A stretch of 64,000 nt of DNA from an uncultured delta proteobacterium (GCA_963712115.1 CAVQGX010000031.1:96001-160000); one strand, 5' to 3'; shown: positions 1-11,480, counted from the first letter of the stretch. The notes: generated by a model not told the origin, from the letters alone. Translations and numbers: made by a program.

Positions 1-138
1 GGTCCGATAGAGATTCGGTACCTCACGTGCTGTAAAAATTTTTTCGCCAAGATGAAACACGTCCGCCAGGTCATCAATCTCCATCTGACGAATTGCCACA
101 GTGCTTTTCTTCTTTTTATCTGAATCACCTACATCCAT
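1..138 (-). CDS. GNAT-family N-acetyltransferase, N-terminal part (runs off window)
   Basis: Manual translation MDVGDSDKKKKSTVAIRQMEIDDLADVFHLGEKIFTAREVPNLYRT; IRxMxxDDL start typical of GNATs; GAGGAA RBS upstream. Confidence 0.65.
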   Translation of the reverse strand, partial: MDVGDSDKKKKSTVAIRQMEIDDLADVFHLGEKIFTAREVPNLYRT

Positions 139-364
139 GATTTGCACATTCCTCGTCGATTATTTATTTGCCATCCCTATCTTCGCCTTGCAGATCGCCA
201 AGACAGGAAAAGGCTACACAGATATTATCACGCCTCTCTGTTTTAGTCGTCAACATTGCCAACCGGGCCATAGTTCACTGTTCGAGACGCTGCCAGTGCA
301 TTAGCTATGCCTAAAATTCGGCTTTAATGTAAAAAAGTCAACCCCAGAACCTACAAAATTCATC

Positions 365-388
365 TAGGGGACGTTGGTAGGTCCCCTA
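365..388. terminator. Hairpin downstream of EamA gene
   Basis: TAGGGGAC...GTCCCCTA inverted repeat 16 bp past the stop codon. Confidence 0.45.
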
Positions 389-403
389 TGCCAATCTGGT
401 GAT

Positions 404-1318
404 TCATTTGGCTGTGGTCTCAACGGTTATTTTTCTGGTGAGTGAAAACTTTGGCAGACGGTTGTTTACCCCGGCAATACTGACAAGTATCAACCCCAGT
501 GCCAGAAAAGCACTCCAGTGGAGTCTCTCGCCCAACAACAATGCACCCCAGAAGACCCCCGTTATTGGAATCAAGTAGGTTACCAGGCTGAGGCTGGTTG
601 AACCTATCCGCGGCAGTAAATAATAATAGAGTAGATAGGCCAGAGCCGTACCCAGGAGAGAAAGGCAGGTCAACGCCGCAACCGAGATAATTGACGGCGA
701 CAGTGCCCAAGGAGCATCAAAGACGATAACCATTGGCAGGGTGAGAAAAGCAGCGCAAAAGAGTTGACCGGTAGCGGAAACCAGGGGGGTAACTTCTTTC
801 AGTCGCCGCCCATATATGATTGCAACAGCATAACACAAGGCTGCGGCCATGACCGCTAGCTGAGCTAGCACATGCTTTCCCAACCCCTTCAAAGCCGCCG
901 GGCCAATGAGTGCCACAACGCCGAGAAACCCTAATAATATGCCAACAACTTTCATCCAGTTCAACCGTTCATCTCCGGTGAACAAGTGGGCCAGGAGAAC
1001 GGTAAAAAGTGGCATGAGGGCATTGACTATGGCTGCCAACCCCGAGTCTATGTGGATTTCAGCCCAGGTTATGAGCGTGTAGGGCACAGCCCCGTTGAAG
1101 AGCCCCATGAGCAGAAATGTTCCCCAAACGGGACCCCATCCCGGCATTCTTAAACCCCGTGAGCGCAATACCAAATAAAGGAGCATCGCTGCCAGAGCTG
1201 TACGTCCAAAGGCCACGGAGAATGGGGGGATGGTGGCCACAGCCACCTTGATGAAAAGAAAGGAAGCACCCCAGATGAGGCTAAGTATTAGCAGAATTAG
1301 AAAGTTCCTGAAGGACAT
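404..1318 (-). CDS. EamA/DMT-family transporter
   Basis: 304 aa, ~10 hydrophobic segments, LIWGASF and LIPITGVFWGALLLGE motifs. Confidence 0.9.
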   Translation of the reverse strand: MSFRNFLILLILSLIWGASFLFIKVAVATIPPFSVAFGRTALAAMLLYLVLRSRGLRMPGWGPVWGTFLLMGLFNGAVPYTLITWAEIHIDSGLAAIVNALMPLFTVLLAHLFTGDERLNWMKVVGILLGFLGVVALIGPAALKGLGKHVLAQLAVMAAALCYAVAIIYGRRLKEVTPLVSATGQLFCAAFLTLPMVIVFDAPWALSPSIISVAALTCLSLLGTALAYLLYYYLLPRIGSTSLSLVTYLIPITGVFWGALLLGERLHWSAFLALGLILVSIAGVNNRLPKFSLTRKITVETTAK

Positions 1319-1466
1319 CTCACTTCGCTTTCGCCAGAGAACCGAGGGGAGCCAAAAAGCCCGCAGCTGACAGCGGGGGGCAGCGAGACTAGGAACTATG
1401 CACTAGGCACCTGAAAGACTCATTTCGAAACGATATTTGTAGTGCCTAGTGCTTACTGCTTAGTGC

Positions 1467-2021
1467 CTAGTCGACAGCAGGTTTACGGCAAACGATCTGT
1501 GCCACTGCCCTGGTGGGGTTCTCCCTTATCCCCTCAAAATAATGGATTACTTCCCAGTGCTCAAATTTTTGCAGTAGTTCCCCGGGATTGAGAAGAAAAT
1601 CTGGATTACGGGGTTTGCCAAATTTGGGCTGTTCAACAGTGAAGGTCTCATATACCAACAGGCCACCATTTTTCAAAGCTTTTTTTATGCACTCCAGCAA
1701 AGGGCGATGCAAATAGCGAAAGACCAGGATTGCTCCATATGCGTCGCCAGGCAGGGGGTTCGGTCCATCTATTTCTAGGTCCACCTGCCAGATCTCGACC
1801 CTGGCATTATTTGCCTCGGCTAGTTTCTCAGCTTGGACGAGACTTTCGGGCGATATATCGCAGCAGGTTACCTGACACCCCCTCTGCGCCAGGAATATGC
1901 CGTTTTCACCATTGCCGCAGGCGAGGTCTAATACCGGTCCCGGTAGAGTCTTCTGCAGAAAAAGGTCAACATGTTCAACCAGCAATTGGGCTGGTTTCAA
2001 AGCTCTTTTCGCCAAAGTCAA
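1467..2021 (-). CDS. Class I SAM-dependent methyltransferase (TehB-like)
   Basis: VLDLACGNG motif I, LKNGGLLVYETF. Confidence 0.85.
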   Translation of the reverse strand: MTLAKRALKPAQLLVEHVDLFLQKTLPGPVLDLACGNGENGIFLAQRGCQVTCCDISPESLVQAEKLAEANNARVEIWQVDLEIDGPNPLPGDAYGAILVFRYLHRPLLECIKKALKNGGLLVYETFTVEQPKFGKPRNPDFLLNPGELLQKFEHWEVIHYFEGIRENPTRAVAQIVCRKPAVD

Positions 2022-2307
2022 TTAATCATCCCTTGCAAATTTTACTGTTATTCTGCTAATCTCAATCATATAAAAGAAGCCCTACCAACTTTCAAGCTTA
2101 CTGTTTTCGTTGCAACTTTATTTAAGGCATCTTTTGAGCGAATACAAGATTCCGAGGAGATTTCTAATTATCAAACATCGCCAGCCTATCTACTAATTTA
2201 CTAGTGCAAATCTTTTTGTAGGAGGAACGTATTCTTCACACAGGTTTTTCTTAGGTGCTGTACACCGGCTAACATTTAATTAGAACTCTTAAGACAGGAG
2301 GAAGACA

Positions 2308-3951
2308 ATGATTAGAAAAATCGGTCTAATATTGGGCGGTCTCTTATTGATCTTTGCTGTGACCGCCTGCGAGGTCAAGGAACCTGAAAAGGCGGAAGCA
2401 CCTACCCCTGCCGTCACCAAAGAAGGCGGGACCCTTATTTTTGGCCGTGGAGGGGACAGTGTGGGACTCGACCCGGCTTATGAAACGGACGGAAACTCCT
2501 TCATGATCTGCGACAATATCTACGAGGCCCTAGTCGCTTACCAGGACGAGTCCACCGCCTTGGAACCTGGATTGGCCGAGTCCTGGGAAATCGCACCAGA
2601 CGGCAAGACTTACACCTTCCACCTGAGAAAAGATGTGATGTTTCATGATGGTACACCCTTCAACGCTGATGCCGTGGTTTTCTCTATCGGCCGGATGATG
2701 AAAGAGAGAAAACTCAAATTCTTCAGCAGGGATTGGGACGTGCCACCCCAGGAGCGCCCGCCCGAATACTGGGTCTCCATGGAGATGGACGACACGGTTG
2801 AGTCCATTGAGGCAGTGGATGATTACACCGTTGTTTTCAAGCTCAAACGGGTTGAAGCACCCTTCCTGGCCAACATGGGAATGGACTTCGCCGACATTAT
2901 CAGCCCTACTGCCTTCACCAACAACCCCAAAGAGTTCTTGCGCAATCCAGTGGGGACCGGTCCATTCAAGTTCGTCGAGTGGATCAAAGATGACAGAATC
3001 GTCATGGAGAAAAACGACAATTACTGGGATAAGTCGGGAGGACCTTATCTGGATAAGCTCGTCTTTCGAACCATCCCTGAGAATTCAGTTCGTTTTCTCG
3101 AACTCAAAGCAGGTAATATCCACATCTGCCAGTTTCCCAATCCGGCGGACATTCCGCTGGCCAAGCAAGATCCCAACCTCAAGCTCGTATCACAACCTGG
3201 AATGAACATCGGTTACCTTTCTTTCAACCATACCAAAAAACTGTGGCAAAACATCCACATGCGCAGGGCCATAGCCTATGCCATCAACCGCCAAGCTATT
3301 GTGGACAACATTTACCAGGGTATGGGACAGGTGGCAAAAAATCCCATTCCGCCAACCATGTGGGGCTATAACGACGAGATCGAAGATTTTCCTTACGATC
3401 AGGAAAAGGCCAAGTTGGAACTGGCCGAGGCCGGTTACCCGGGAGCCCAGGATCTGCCGGAAATCACTCTCTGGTCCATGCCGGTTCCCCGGCCCTATAA
3501 TCCTGAAGGGTTGAAGGTTGGAGTTGCCATGATCTCCGACCTCGCCAAGGTTGGAATCAGGGCAAGGATCGTCAGCTATGATTGGGGAACCTATTTGAAA
3601 CGGCAGAGGGAGCAGCCCAAAGACATGGACTTGTTCCAGTTGGGCTGGACGGGTGACAACGGTGACCCGGACAACTTTCTGGCAGTGCTTTTTGATGGCC
3701 TTGCCTCGCCTGCCATACGAACCCAGTGGAAGAACGAGGAATACCACCAACTGATGCAAGCTGGGAAACAGACAATCGACCAGGCCAAAAGGGCCGAGAT
3801 CTACCAGAAAGCATTGCAGTTGATCCATGATGAGGTGTCAGTGATCTGCGTAGCCCACTCCACCGTGATCTGGCCTATGAGAAATAATGTGATGAACTTC
3901 AAGCTTCATCCCACAGCTTCGGTGCGGATGAAAAACGTCCGGCTTCAGTAA
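2308..3951 (+). CDS. dppA: Dipeptide/oligopeptide ABC transporter substrate-binding lipoprotein
   Basis: Lipobox VTAC, PGLAESW, FHDGTPFNADAV, PVGTGPF, RPYNP, GWTGDNGDPDNF motifs; AGGAGG RBS. Confidence 0.92.
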   Translation: MIRKIGLILGGLLLIFAVTACEVKEPEKAEAPTPAVTKEGGTLIFGRGGDSVGLDPAYETDGNSFMICDNIYEALVAYQDESTALEPGLAESWEIAPDGKTYTFHLRKDVMFHDGTPFNADAVVFSIGRMMKERKLKFFSRDWDVPPQERPPEYWVSMEMDDTVESIEAVDDYTVVFKLKRVEAPFLANMGMDFADIISPTAFTNNPKEFLRNPVGTGPFKFVEWIKDDRIVMEKNDNYWDKSGGPYLDKLVFRTIPENSVRFLELKAGNIHICQFPNPADIPLAKQDPNLKLVSQPGMNIGYLSFNHTKKLWQNIHMRRAIAYAINRQAIVDNIYQGMGQVAKNPIPPTMWGYNDEIEDFPYDQEKAKLELAEAGYPGAQDLPEITLWSMPVPRPYNPEGLKVGVAMISDLAKVGIRARIVSYDWGTYLKRQREQPKDMDLFQLGWTGDNGDPDNFLAVLFDGLASPAIRTQWKNEEYHQLMQAGKQTIDQAKRAEIYQKALQLIHDEVSVICVAHSTVIWPMRNNVMNFKLHPTASVRMKNVRLQ

Positions 3952-3975
3952 GGATAGTTTCTGTAACGGCAAGCA

Positions 3976-4009
3976 AAAGGGGAGCGGGCGATGAGCCCGC
4001 TCCCCCTTT
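3976..4009 (+). terminator. Stem-loop after dppA
   Basis: AAAGGGGAGCGGGC-GATGA-GCCCGCTCCCCCTTT. Confidence 0.75.
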
Positions 4010-4266
4010 ATCAGCCAGCAGCTGACAGCAGTCAGCGGGCAGCTTTTGCAACTAGGCAGTAGGGGCACTAGGCACGATGGATCAGCGAGACGAGGTTTAT
4101 TAAATATACCCGCCCTCCCGTCTCGCCCTACATCTCGTCTCGCAGCGCAAGGCGCTTTGCGCCTCGGGGCCAGTTGTTTGTTCATTCAGGAAAGGTTATA
4201 TCTGATGAGCTGCTTAGCTCCACTTTTACCATTGTTTAAAAGGACCGCCACCAACACAGTCTCTCC

Positions 4267-5271
4267 ATGTTAGCTCATATCATAAGACGTATACTCTTAC
4301 TTTTTCCCACCCTTTTGGGCATATCCATCATCATTTTTCTGATGATGCACATAACCCCTGGTGACCCAGCAGAACTTCTCCTGGGGGAGCGGGCCACGGA
4401 AAAGGCCCTGGAAGCGATGCGGGAGCACCTTGGTCTCAATGAGCCTCTTTACGTCCAATACGGCATGTTCTTGAAGAGATTAGCGAAAGGGGATCTGGGA
4501 GAGACCATCTGGACCCGGCAGAAGGTCTGGATTGAGGTGAAACAGCGCTTCCCCGCCACCATAGAACTGTCCGTTGCCGCCATGGTCATCAGTACCTTTT
4601 TGGGCATCATTCTCGGCATCATCTCCGCAACCAAGCAGTACTCCGTTTTCGACTACATAAGTATGCTCGGGGCCCTCGTGGGGGTCAGTATGCCCATATT
4701 CTGGCTGGGGCTGGTATTAATGTTGATCTTCTCCTTGCACCTTGGCTGGTTTCCCATGTCCGGAAGACTCAGCGTGGGTATAGACCTGCATACTATTACC
4801 AACTTCTATATTTTGGATGCTTTGTTGACCAAGAACTGGGCGGCATTCAGGGACGTCCTCTGGCACCTCACCTTGCCTGCCTTCACCCTCAGTACCATCC
4901 CCATTGCAATCGTGGCCCGGATGACTCGCTCCAGCATGCTGGAAGTTTTGCGCCAGGACTACATCAAGACCGCCAAAGCCAAGGGACTTTCCCCTCGAGT
5001 CGTTGTTCTGAAACATGCCTTGCGTAATGCGCTCATCCCAGTGATAACCGTCATTGGCCTGATGTTTGGCATTCTCTTGGCAGGTGCCATCCTCACCGAG
5101 ACAATTTTTGCCTGGCCCGGGGTGGGGAAATGGCTTTATGACGCGGTACTGCAGAGGGACTATATGGTCATTCAGGGGGGGACACTCTTTGTGGCCGGTA
5201 TATTCGTGATCATCAACGTGGTTGTCGATGTCCTTTATGCGGTAATCAACCCCAAGATTAGCGTGCAGTAG
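4267..5271 (+). CDS. dppB: Peptide ABC transporter permease
   Basis: PGDPA, RFPATIEL, RSSMLEVLRQDYIKTAKAKG (EAA loop), ETIFAWPGVG. Confidence 0.93.
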   Translation: MLAHIIRRILLLFPTLLGISIIIFLMMHITPGDPAELLLGERATEKALEAMREHLGLNEPLYVQYGMFLKRLAKGDLGETIWTRQKVWIEVKQRFPATIELSVAAMVISTFLGIILGIISATKQYSVFDYISMLGALVGVSMPIFWLGLVLMLIFSLHLGWFPMSGRLSVGIDLHTITNFYILDALLTKNWAAFRDVLWHLTLPAFTLSTIPIAIVARMTRSSMLEVLRQDYIKTAKAKGLSPRVVVLKHALRNALIPVITVIGLMFGILLAGAILTETIFAWPGVGKWLYDAVLQRDYMVIQGGTLFVAGIFVIINVVVDVLYAVINPKISVQ

Positions 5272-5276
5272 CAGAC

Positions 5277-6182
5277 ATGGTTTCTTTGTTACAGAGAAAA
5301 GAATCCGCAAGAAATCCAGAAGACCGCCACCCTTTTCTCGATCAACTGGAACAGCTCTGGCGAAACAAGACCGCAGTAGCGGGGATGATCGTCATAGCAA
5401 TATTTGTTCTGACTGCCTTGCTGGCCCCCCTTTTAAGTCCCCACGACCCTGTTGATGCAGCCCTCTATGAGCAACTCAAGCCGCCAATCTGGTCAGAGGC
5501 GGGTCGCACAAAGAACCTTCTCGGCACTGATGACCTGGGACGCGATATTCTTTCGCGGCTCATATACGGTGCCCGCGTCTCTTTGCTGGTGGCTCTTGTT
5601 ACCGTGGGTATCGGCGTGTTCTTCGGCTCCCTGCTCGGTGCCATCTCGGGCTATTATAAGGGTTTTGTGGACAACATCATCATGCGTTTTATGGACATAC
5701 TTTTGGCCTTCCCCCACATCCTTCTGGCCATAGTCATTATGGCCTATTTGGGTCCCGGCCTTAGAAACGCCATGATAGCTATCGGAATCATCTACATTCC
5801 GCGTTTTGCCCGCATAGTTCGTGCCTCAGTCCTCGAGGAATTTGAAAAAGACTATGTAACTGCCTCCAAGGCCATTGGTGCCAAGGACTGGCGGATCATT
5901 TTCGTCGCCATCCTTCCCAACTGCCTAGCACCCCTCATTGTCCAAACTACCCTCGGTTTTGCCTCAGCAATATTGGATGCAGCCGCCCTTGGCTTTCTCG
6001 GACTCGGGGCACAACCCCCTACGCCCGAATGGGGCGCAATGATAGCCATGGGCCGCTCCCACATCCTCAGGGCCTGGTGGGTGATGACCTTCCCAGGGAT
6101 CGCTATTCTCCTTGCGGTTCTGGGATTTAACCTATTCGGCGATGGGCTTAGAGACGCCTTGGACCCGAGGTTGAGGGACTAG
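5277..6182 (+). CDS. dppC: Peptide ABC transporter permease
   Basis: [37 protein letters not shown]. Confidence 0.93.
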   Translation: MVSLLQRKESARNPEDRHPFLDQLEQLWRNKTAVAGMIVIAIFVLTALLAPLLSPHDPVDAALYEQLKPPIWSEAGRTKNLLGTDDLGRDILSRLIYGARVSLLVALVTVGIGVFFGSLLGAISGYYKGFVDNIIMRFMDILLAFPHILLAIVIMAYLGPGLRNAMIAIGIIYIPRFARIVRASVLEEFEKDYVTASKAIGAKDWRIIFVAILPNCLAPLIVQTTLGFASAILDAAALGFLGLGAQPPTPEWGAMIAMGRSHILRAWWVMTFPGIAILLAVLGFNLFGDGLRDALDPRLRD

Positions 6183-6187
6183 ATTTT

Positions 6188-7168
6188 ATGGGTAGCAACA
6201 GCCACCTTCTGGAAATCGAAAAACTTCGCACCTACTTTTTTGTCCGTGGCCAAGTGGCCAAGGCCGTCGATGAGGTGGATCTGGCCATTGCCCCAGGGAA
6301 GACCTTGGGATTGGTGGGGGAATCAGGCTGCGGCAAGAGTGTCACCGCCCATTCCATCATTGGTCTCATCCCAGAACCGCCCGGGAAGATCGTCGGCGGC
6401 AGAATTCTCTTTGAAGGCACAAATCTTCTGAAACTGCCGGAAGCGAAAATGAGGAAGATCCGGGGTAACCAGATTTCCATGATTTTCCAGGAACCCATGA
6501 CCTCTTTGAACCCTGTCTACTCTGTTGGCGATCAGGTGGCAGAGGTTATCAAGCTCCATCAGAACTTGTCCCGGAGTGAGACTCGAAACCGAGTTATGGA
6601 GATGTTCCACTTGGTCGGTATCCCTGCTGCGGCAAGGCGACTCGGCGAGTACCCACACCAGATGAGTGGCGGTATGCGCCAACGGGTAATGATTGCCATG
6701 GCCCTAGCCTGCAATCCAAAACTCATGATTGCCGATGAACCTACGACTGCATTGGATGTGACCATTCAGGCCCAGATCCTGGATCTGATGAACAAGTTGA
6801 AGGACGAGACCGGGTCCTCCATTCTTTTTATTACCCACGACATGGGGGTGATAGCCGAGATGGCCCAACACGTGGCGGTTATGTATGCTGGTAAGGTTAT
6901 GGAATATACCGATGTTAAAAGGCTATTTGCCCAACCCAGGCATCCTTACACCGTTGGGTTGTTGCAGTCTATCCCGGTGATTGGCAGGGGACGGCGTCAT
7001 CAAAAACTGATCGCCATCAACGGAGTGGTGCCCTCTCTGCTCAACCTACCCAGCGGCTGTCTTTTCAGCGACCGTTGCCCTGATGTTTTTGCTGACTGCC
7101 GAAATGTAGAGCCGCAGATGTACGGGGTGGGCGAGAATCATCTTGTAAGGTGCTTGAAGTATGGTTAG
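6188..7168 (+). CDS. dppD: Peptide ABC transporter ATP-binding protein
   Basis: GESGCGKS Walker [17 protein letters not shown]-terminal Cys motif. Confidence 0.93.
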   Translation: MGSNSHLLEIEKLRTYFFVRGQVAKAVDEVDLAIAPGKTLGLVGESGCGKSVTAHSIIGLIPEPPGKIVGGRILFEGTNLLKLPEAKMRKIRGNQISMIFQEPMTSLNPVYSVGDQVAEVIKLHQNLSRSETRNRVMEMFHLVGIPAAARRLGEYPHQMSGGMRQRVMIAMALACNPKLMIADEPTTALDVTIQAQILDLMNKLKDETGSSILFITHDMGVIAEMAQHVAVMYAGKVMEYTDVKRLFAQPRHPYTVGLLQSIPVIGRGRRHQKLIAINGVVPSLLNLPSGCLFSDRCPDVFADCRNVEPQMYGVGENHLVRCLKYG

Positions 7169-8144
7169 GAACCTAGTGGAAGTGAAAAATTTAGTGAAGC
7201 ACTTTCCTATTCGGGGAGGTGTCTTTCTTAAAGAGGTTGCCTCGGTCAAGGCGGTGGACAATATCAATCTTACCATACGTGAAGGTGAGACCCTGGGCTT
7301 GGTTGGGGAGTCAGGATGCGGCAAAACTACACTGGGTCGACTCATTTTGCGCCTTGAGGAGCCGTCATCGGGTAAAGTTTTCTTTCAGGAAGAAAATATC
7401 CTCTCCTTTGACAAAGAGAAGATGCGCAGTCTGAGAAAGGATATGCAGATTATCTTCCAGGATCCTTTTTCTTCTTTGAACCCACGGAAAACAGTTTCTC
7501 ACATTATAGGCGAACCCCTGTTGGTCCACGGCCTGCGAAGCAGAAGGGAAAGGGAGGAAAGAGTGCTGGAACTTCTTCGGGTGGTTGGCTTGAGACGCGA
7601 ACACATGCGCCGTTATCCGCACCAGTTTTCTGGGGGACAGCGCCAGAGAATCGCTGTGGCCAGAGCTTTGGCCCTGCACCCTAAACTAATAGTCTGTGAC
7701 GAAGCCGTATCAGCCCTGGATGTTTCTATCCAGGCCCAGGTGATCAATCTACTCAATGACTTGCAAGAAGAGTTCGGCCTCACCTACCTTTTTATCTCCC
7801 ATGATCTGGCCGTGGTGGAGCATGTGAGTGATCGACTGGCGGTAATGTACCTCGGCAAGATCGTGGAACTGGCAGACAGCTTCCAGATCTACCAGAGTCC
7901 TCTCCATCCCTACACCCAGGCCCTGCTCTCAGCATCTCCTATTCCCGATCCAGCTTTTAGAAGGGACAGGATAATACTCAAGGGAGACGTCCCCAGTCCC
8001 ATCGATCCTCCCCCAGGTTGCCGTTTTCACACTCGTTGCCTCTATGCTGAAAAAGTTTGCAGGCAACAAGAACCGCAACTCAAAGAAGTAAGGGAAAAAC
8101 ACCTGACTGCCTGCCATTTTGCCGGGTCAGTGGGCTTGCATTAG
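7161..8144 (+). CDS. dppF: Peptide ABC transporter ATP-binding protein
   Basis: [32 protein letters not shown]. Confidence 0.93.
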   Translation: MVRNLVEVKNLVKHFPIRGGVFLKEVASVKAVDNINLTIREGETLGLVGESGCGKTTLGRLILRLEEPSSGKVFFQEENILSFDKEKMRSLRKDMQIIFQDPFSSLNPRKTVSHIIGEPLLVHGLRSRREREERVLELLRVVGLRREHMRRYPHQFSGGQRQRIAVARALALHPKLIVCDEAVSALDVSIQAQVINLLNDLQEEFGLTYLFISHDLAVVEHVSDRLAVMYLGKIVELADSFQIYQSPLHPYTQALLSASPIPDPAFRRDRIILKGDVPSPIDPPPGCRFHTRCLYAEKVCRQQEPQLKEVREKHLTACHFAGSVGLH

Positions 8145-8155
8145 GGATTGAAGTG

Positions 8156-9313
8156 ATGAAGACGATGAAACCAATTTACCTGGATTATAATGCCACCACA
8201 CCCATTGATTCGGAAGTGGCTGAGGCCATGAGCCCCTATCTCTTTGAACGCTTCGGCAATCCCTCGAGTTCTCACTGGTATGGCGTCCAGACCAAAGAGG
8301 CTGTTGAAAAAGCCCGCGATCAGGTGGCGAATCTATTGAATTGCAGCCCAGATGAAGTTGTGTTCACCGGCGGCGGCAGCGAATCCAACAACTACGCCAT
8401 CAAGGGTGCGGCATTTGCCAACCGAGGGAAGGGTAATCACCTTGTTACCTCCTCCATAGAGCATCCCGCAGTAATCGAAGTGTGCAAATATCTGGAAGAA
8501 AAAGGCTTCCAAGTAACCTATTTGCCCGTAGACCAGTTCGGTCAGGTGGATCCACGGGCAGTATATGAGGTTATCAATTCCAGTACAGTCCTGATCTCAA
8601 TCATGCATGCCAACAACGAAGTTGGAACAATTCAGCCCATTGCTGAGATAGCAACAATTGCCAGGGACCATGGCATAGTTTTCCATACTGATGCAGCGCA
8701 ATCGGTGGGCAAGATACCAACCAGAGTTGATTATCTTGGTGTGGATCTCCTCACCATTGCTGGTCACAAGCTGTATGGACCGAAGGGAATTGGGGCCCTG
8801 TACGTTCGCCGAGGAACCCAACTCGAAAAGCTCATACACGGGGCTGACCACGAACAGGGTCGGCGGGCCGGAACCGAAAATGTTCTTGAAATTGTTGGCC
8901 TGGGTAAGGCCTGCGAAATTGCCAAACGTGATCTAAACAAGAACATGGACCACATGCAAAAGATGCGAGACCTTCTTTACCAGGAGCTGAGGGTAGAATG
9001 GGATGAGATCAAATTGAATGGCCACCCGGAGAACCGGCTTCCCAACACCCTCAGTGTGAGTTTCAAAAATATTGAAGCAAACAAGCTTCTAGCCGAAATC
9101 GACAGTGTCGCTGTCTCGGCAGGTGCGGCTTGTCATTCCGATTCTGTGAAGGTTTCTTCGGTCTTGCAGGCTATGCAGGTGGAGTTAGAGTACGCCATGG
9201 GCACTATTCGCTTTTCCACTGGCAAGATGACCACAGCAGAGGAGGTGAAGGAAACCGCAGCAATCTTTGCGGAGACCGCCCGTCGCTTGCAGGCGGAGAA
9301 GCAAAAGTGGTAA
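8156..9313 (+). CDS. Cysteine desulfurase (IscS/NifS family)
   Basis: IYLDYNATTP, GNPSS, HKLYGPKG (PLP Lys), SAGAAC catalytic Cys; start moved to ATG after dppF stop. Confidence 0.92.
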   Translation: MKTMKPIYLDYNATTPIDSEVAEAMSPYLFERFGNPSSSHWYGVQTKEAVEKARDQVANLLNCSPDEVVFTGGGSESNNYAIKGAAFANRGKGNHLVTSSIEHPAVIEVCKYLEEKGFQVTYLPVDQFGQVDPRAVYEVINSSTVLISIMHANNEVGTIQPIAEIATIARDHGIVFHTDAAQSVGKIPTRVDYLGVDLLTIAGHKLYGPKGIGALYVRRGTQLEKLIHGADHEQGRRAGTENVLEIVGLGKACEIAKRDLNKNMDHMQKMRDLLYQELRVEWDEIKLNGHPENRLPNTLSVSFKNIEANKLLAEIDSVAVSAGAACHSDSVKVSSVLQAMQVELEYAMGTIRFSTGKMTTAEEVKETAAIFAETARRLQAEKQKW

Positions 9314-9532
9314 TTTTTTACCAAAATTCTGGCTTTAATTACCCAATTCCTAATACTCCTCCTTACTCCCTCACCATATAAGTAGTTGAAATAATAACAT
9401 TTATATAATCACACCAGGTTGGCACGATCTTTTAATAATAAAAGCCATTTGCCTTGGCCTTGAATTGCACTCACTGGGCCACTCGGATGCTCAATGAGAA
9501 TGATCCTGTTTGTAGGATCACGGGTATAATTC

Positions 9533-9943
9533 ATGACGGAAAATTCCCTAGACCGCAGAAAAAAAGACGACAGGCGCTCCAAGAAAGATAGGAGGTCGGG
9601 GGCAGACAGGAGGAGTGGTACCGACAGAAGAAGTGGCAAAGACAGAAGGTCTGGCTGGGGACCAATCAAAGAACATCGCTTTCAGGGAGTTGTCAAAACA
9701 ACTGCGACACTCTCTCATTTACTCGGCCAACCTTTGACTGTAATTACCGGATATGTGGATCTCTTGTCTGCGAGCACTAAGGAGGATAACACGAAAGAAA
9801 AATTATTTATCATAAAAGGGCAACTAGAGTTGATCAATAAATATATGACAGATCTGAGAAACATTAAAGAATATAGAACCATAGAATTTGCCGGTGTTAC
9901 TTTACTGGACATTGAATCTACAAGACCAAAAGAAGACGATTGA
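9533..9943 (+). CDS. Small protein with six DRRxxx repeats and a HisKA-like H-box segment
   Basis: DRRKKD-DRRSKK-DRRSGA-DRRSGT-DRRSGK-DRRSG then LSHLLGQPLTVITGY; no ATPase domain. Confidence 0.7.
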   Translation: MTENSLDRRKKDDRRSKKDRRSGADRRSGTDRRSGKDRRSGWGPIKEHRFQGVVKTTATLSHLLGQPLTVITGYVDLLSASTKEDNTKEKLFIIKGQLELINKYMTDLRNIKEYRTIEFAGVTLLDIESTRPKEDD

Positions 9944-10085
9944 TTATAATAATTTTGTTTAACCACGCATTTTAAATAAATTAAAGACACACTCAACTAT
10001 CAAAGTTATTTCATTTGATTTATCCAGCATCTAGCATCCAGTCTATTCTCAATAGCCCTTGCCATCGATTACAACCTTGTTTTCT

Positions 10086-10101
10086 TGGTCTATTTCTTGC
10101 A
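10086..10101 (+). promoter_or_regulatory. Putative sigma54 -24/-12 promoter
   Basis: TGGTCT-ATTTC-TTGCA (GG-N10-GC) 44 bp upstream of REC-HD-GYP gene. Confidence 0.5.
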
Positions 10102-10144
10102 GTTATTTCCCCCGCCCATCTAGTCCAGATAGGACTTAGCATTT

Positions 10145-11299
10145 ATGCCTAAACCCAACTCAATTCGCATCCTTGTTGTGGACGACGAGTCGTCAATTTT
10201 GACGCTTTACCAGGAGACCCTCCGACCAAGGTGGAAGCCCAACCATTTTGAGCTAACCCTTTGCAGCCAAGCTCAAGAAGCTCTTGATTCCTTTCGCACA
10301 GCAGTGGAGCAGGAAAAGCCCTTTGCCGTTGCTTTCCTTGATTTGAGGATGCCTCCTGGCCCTGATGGAATCTGGTTGGCAGAGAGAATTCGGGCCCTGG
10401 ATCCATACACAGAGATAGTAATGGTAACCGGCTATTCAGATAACAGCACCACTCCCGATAAAATAGCCTCGCGCGTACCGCCTACCGATAAGCTTCTTTA
10501 CCTGCAGAAGCCCTTTCACAACCTCGAGATTCAACATTTCGCTGCGTCTTTGAGTACCAAGTGGCTCGGGGAGAGAGAGCTGAGGAAGATCCGTAACGAT
10601 TTGGAAGGTCGAATCGAGAAGCGGACCATAGAACTGATCAAACTTAACGAGCAGTTAAAAAAGGATATAGCCAGGCGTGAAAGGGCAGAGGCAGAGGTCC
10701 AGTCTACCCTGGTCAAATTGCGCAGTGCCATGGGCGGGGTTGTTCAAGCCATGGCCTTGACCGTGGAAAGAAGGGATCCTTACACTGCTGGCCATCAACG
10801 GCGTGTGTCTGATCTGGCCCGCGGGGTTGCGGCAGAAATGGGTCTGCCGGGCCACCAGATAGATGGAATCCGTATGGCCGGATTGATTCACGATTTGGGC
10901 AAAATCTGCGTGCCTGCAGAGATTCTCAGTAAGCCAGGAAAGTTGACCGAAATAGAACGCACCCTGATTAAGGATCATCCCCAGGTGGGATATGAGATTT
11001 TGAAGGAAATAGAATTTCCTTGGCCGGTTGCCCAAATTGTTCTTCAACATCATGAGAGGATTGACGGCTCCGGATACCCTGCGGGGTTGTCAGGTGATGA
11101 CATCATAATTGAGGCTAAGACTCTAGCCGTGGCTGACGTGGTGGAGGCCATGGCCTCACACCGACCCTACCGCCCGACCTTGGGATGTGAGATGGCTTTA
11201 GAAGAAATTAGCCAGAATCGGGGTACTCTCTATGAAACAAATGTGGTAGATGCCTGTGTCAAGCTTCTCACTGAAAAAGACTTTAACTTTAGGCAATGA
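10145..11299 (+). CDS. Response regulator with HD-GYP c-di-GMP phosphodiesterase domain
   Basis: ILVVDD...FLDLRMP receiver; RDPYTAGH, HDLGK, HHERIDGSGYP, HRPYR. Confidence 0.92.
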   Translation: MPKPNSIRILVVDDESSILTLYQETLRPRWKPNHFELTLCSQAQEALDSFRTAVEQEKPFAVAFLDLRMPPGPDGIWLAERIRALDPYTEIVMVTGYSDNSTTPDKIASRVPPTDKLLYLQKPFHNLEIQHFAASLSTKWLGERELRKIRNDLEGRIEKRTIELIKLNEQLKKDIARRERAEAEVQSTLVKLRSAMGGVVQAMALTVERRDPYTAGHQRRVSDLARGVAAEMGLPGHQIDGIRMAGLIHDLGKICVPAEILSKPGKLTEIERTLIKDHPQVGYEILKEIEFPWPVAQIVLQHHERIDGSGYPAGLSGDDIIIEAKTLAVADVVEAMASHRPYRPTLGCEMALEEISQNRGTLYETNVVDACVKLLTEKDFNFRQ

Positions 11300-11480
11300 T
11301 TTCGCACATCGCAAAGCCTCACGTCCAAAGTTTCAAGTTTGAAAATCCCCACTCACCACCCCCACACCTGCCCGGACTTATTGTTTTGCATAAACAAACA
11401 GTTTTCGTTTTAAGCAAACCAGAGTTAGTGTAAAATGGAGACTATACGTACATTTTTAACTATCACTGTGAGGAAAAAAG

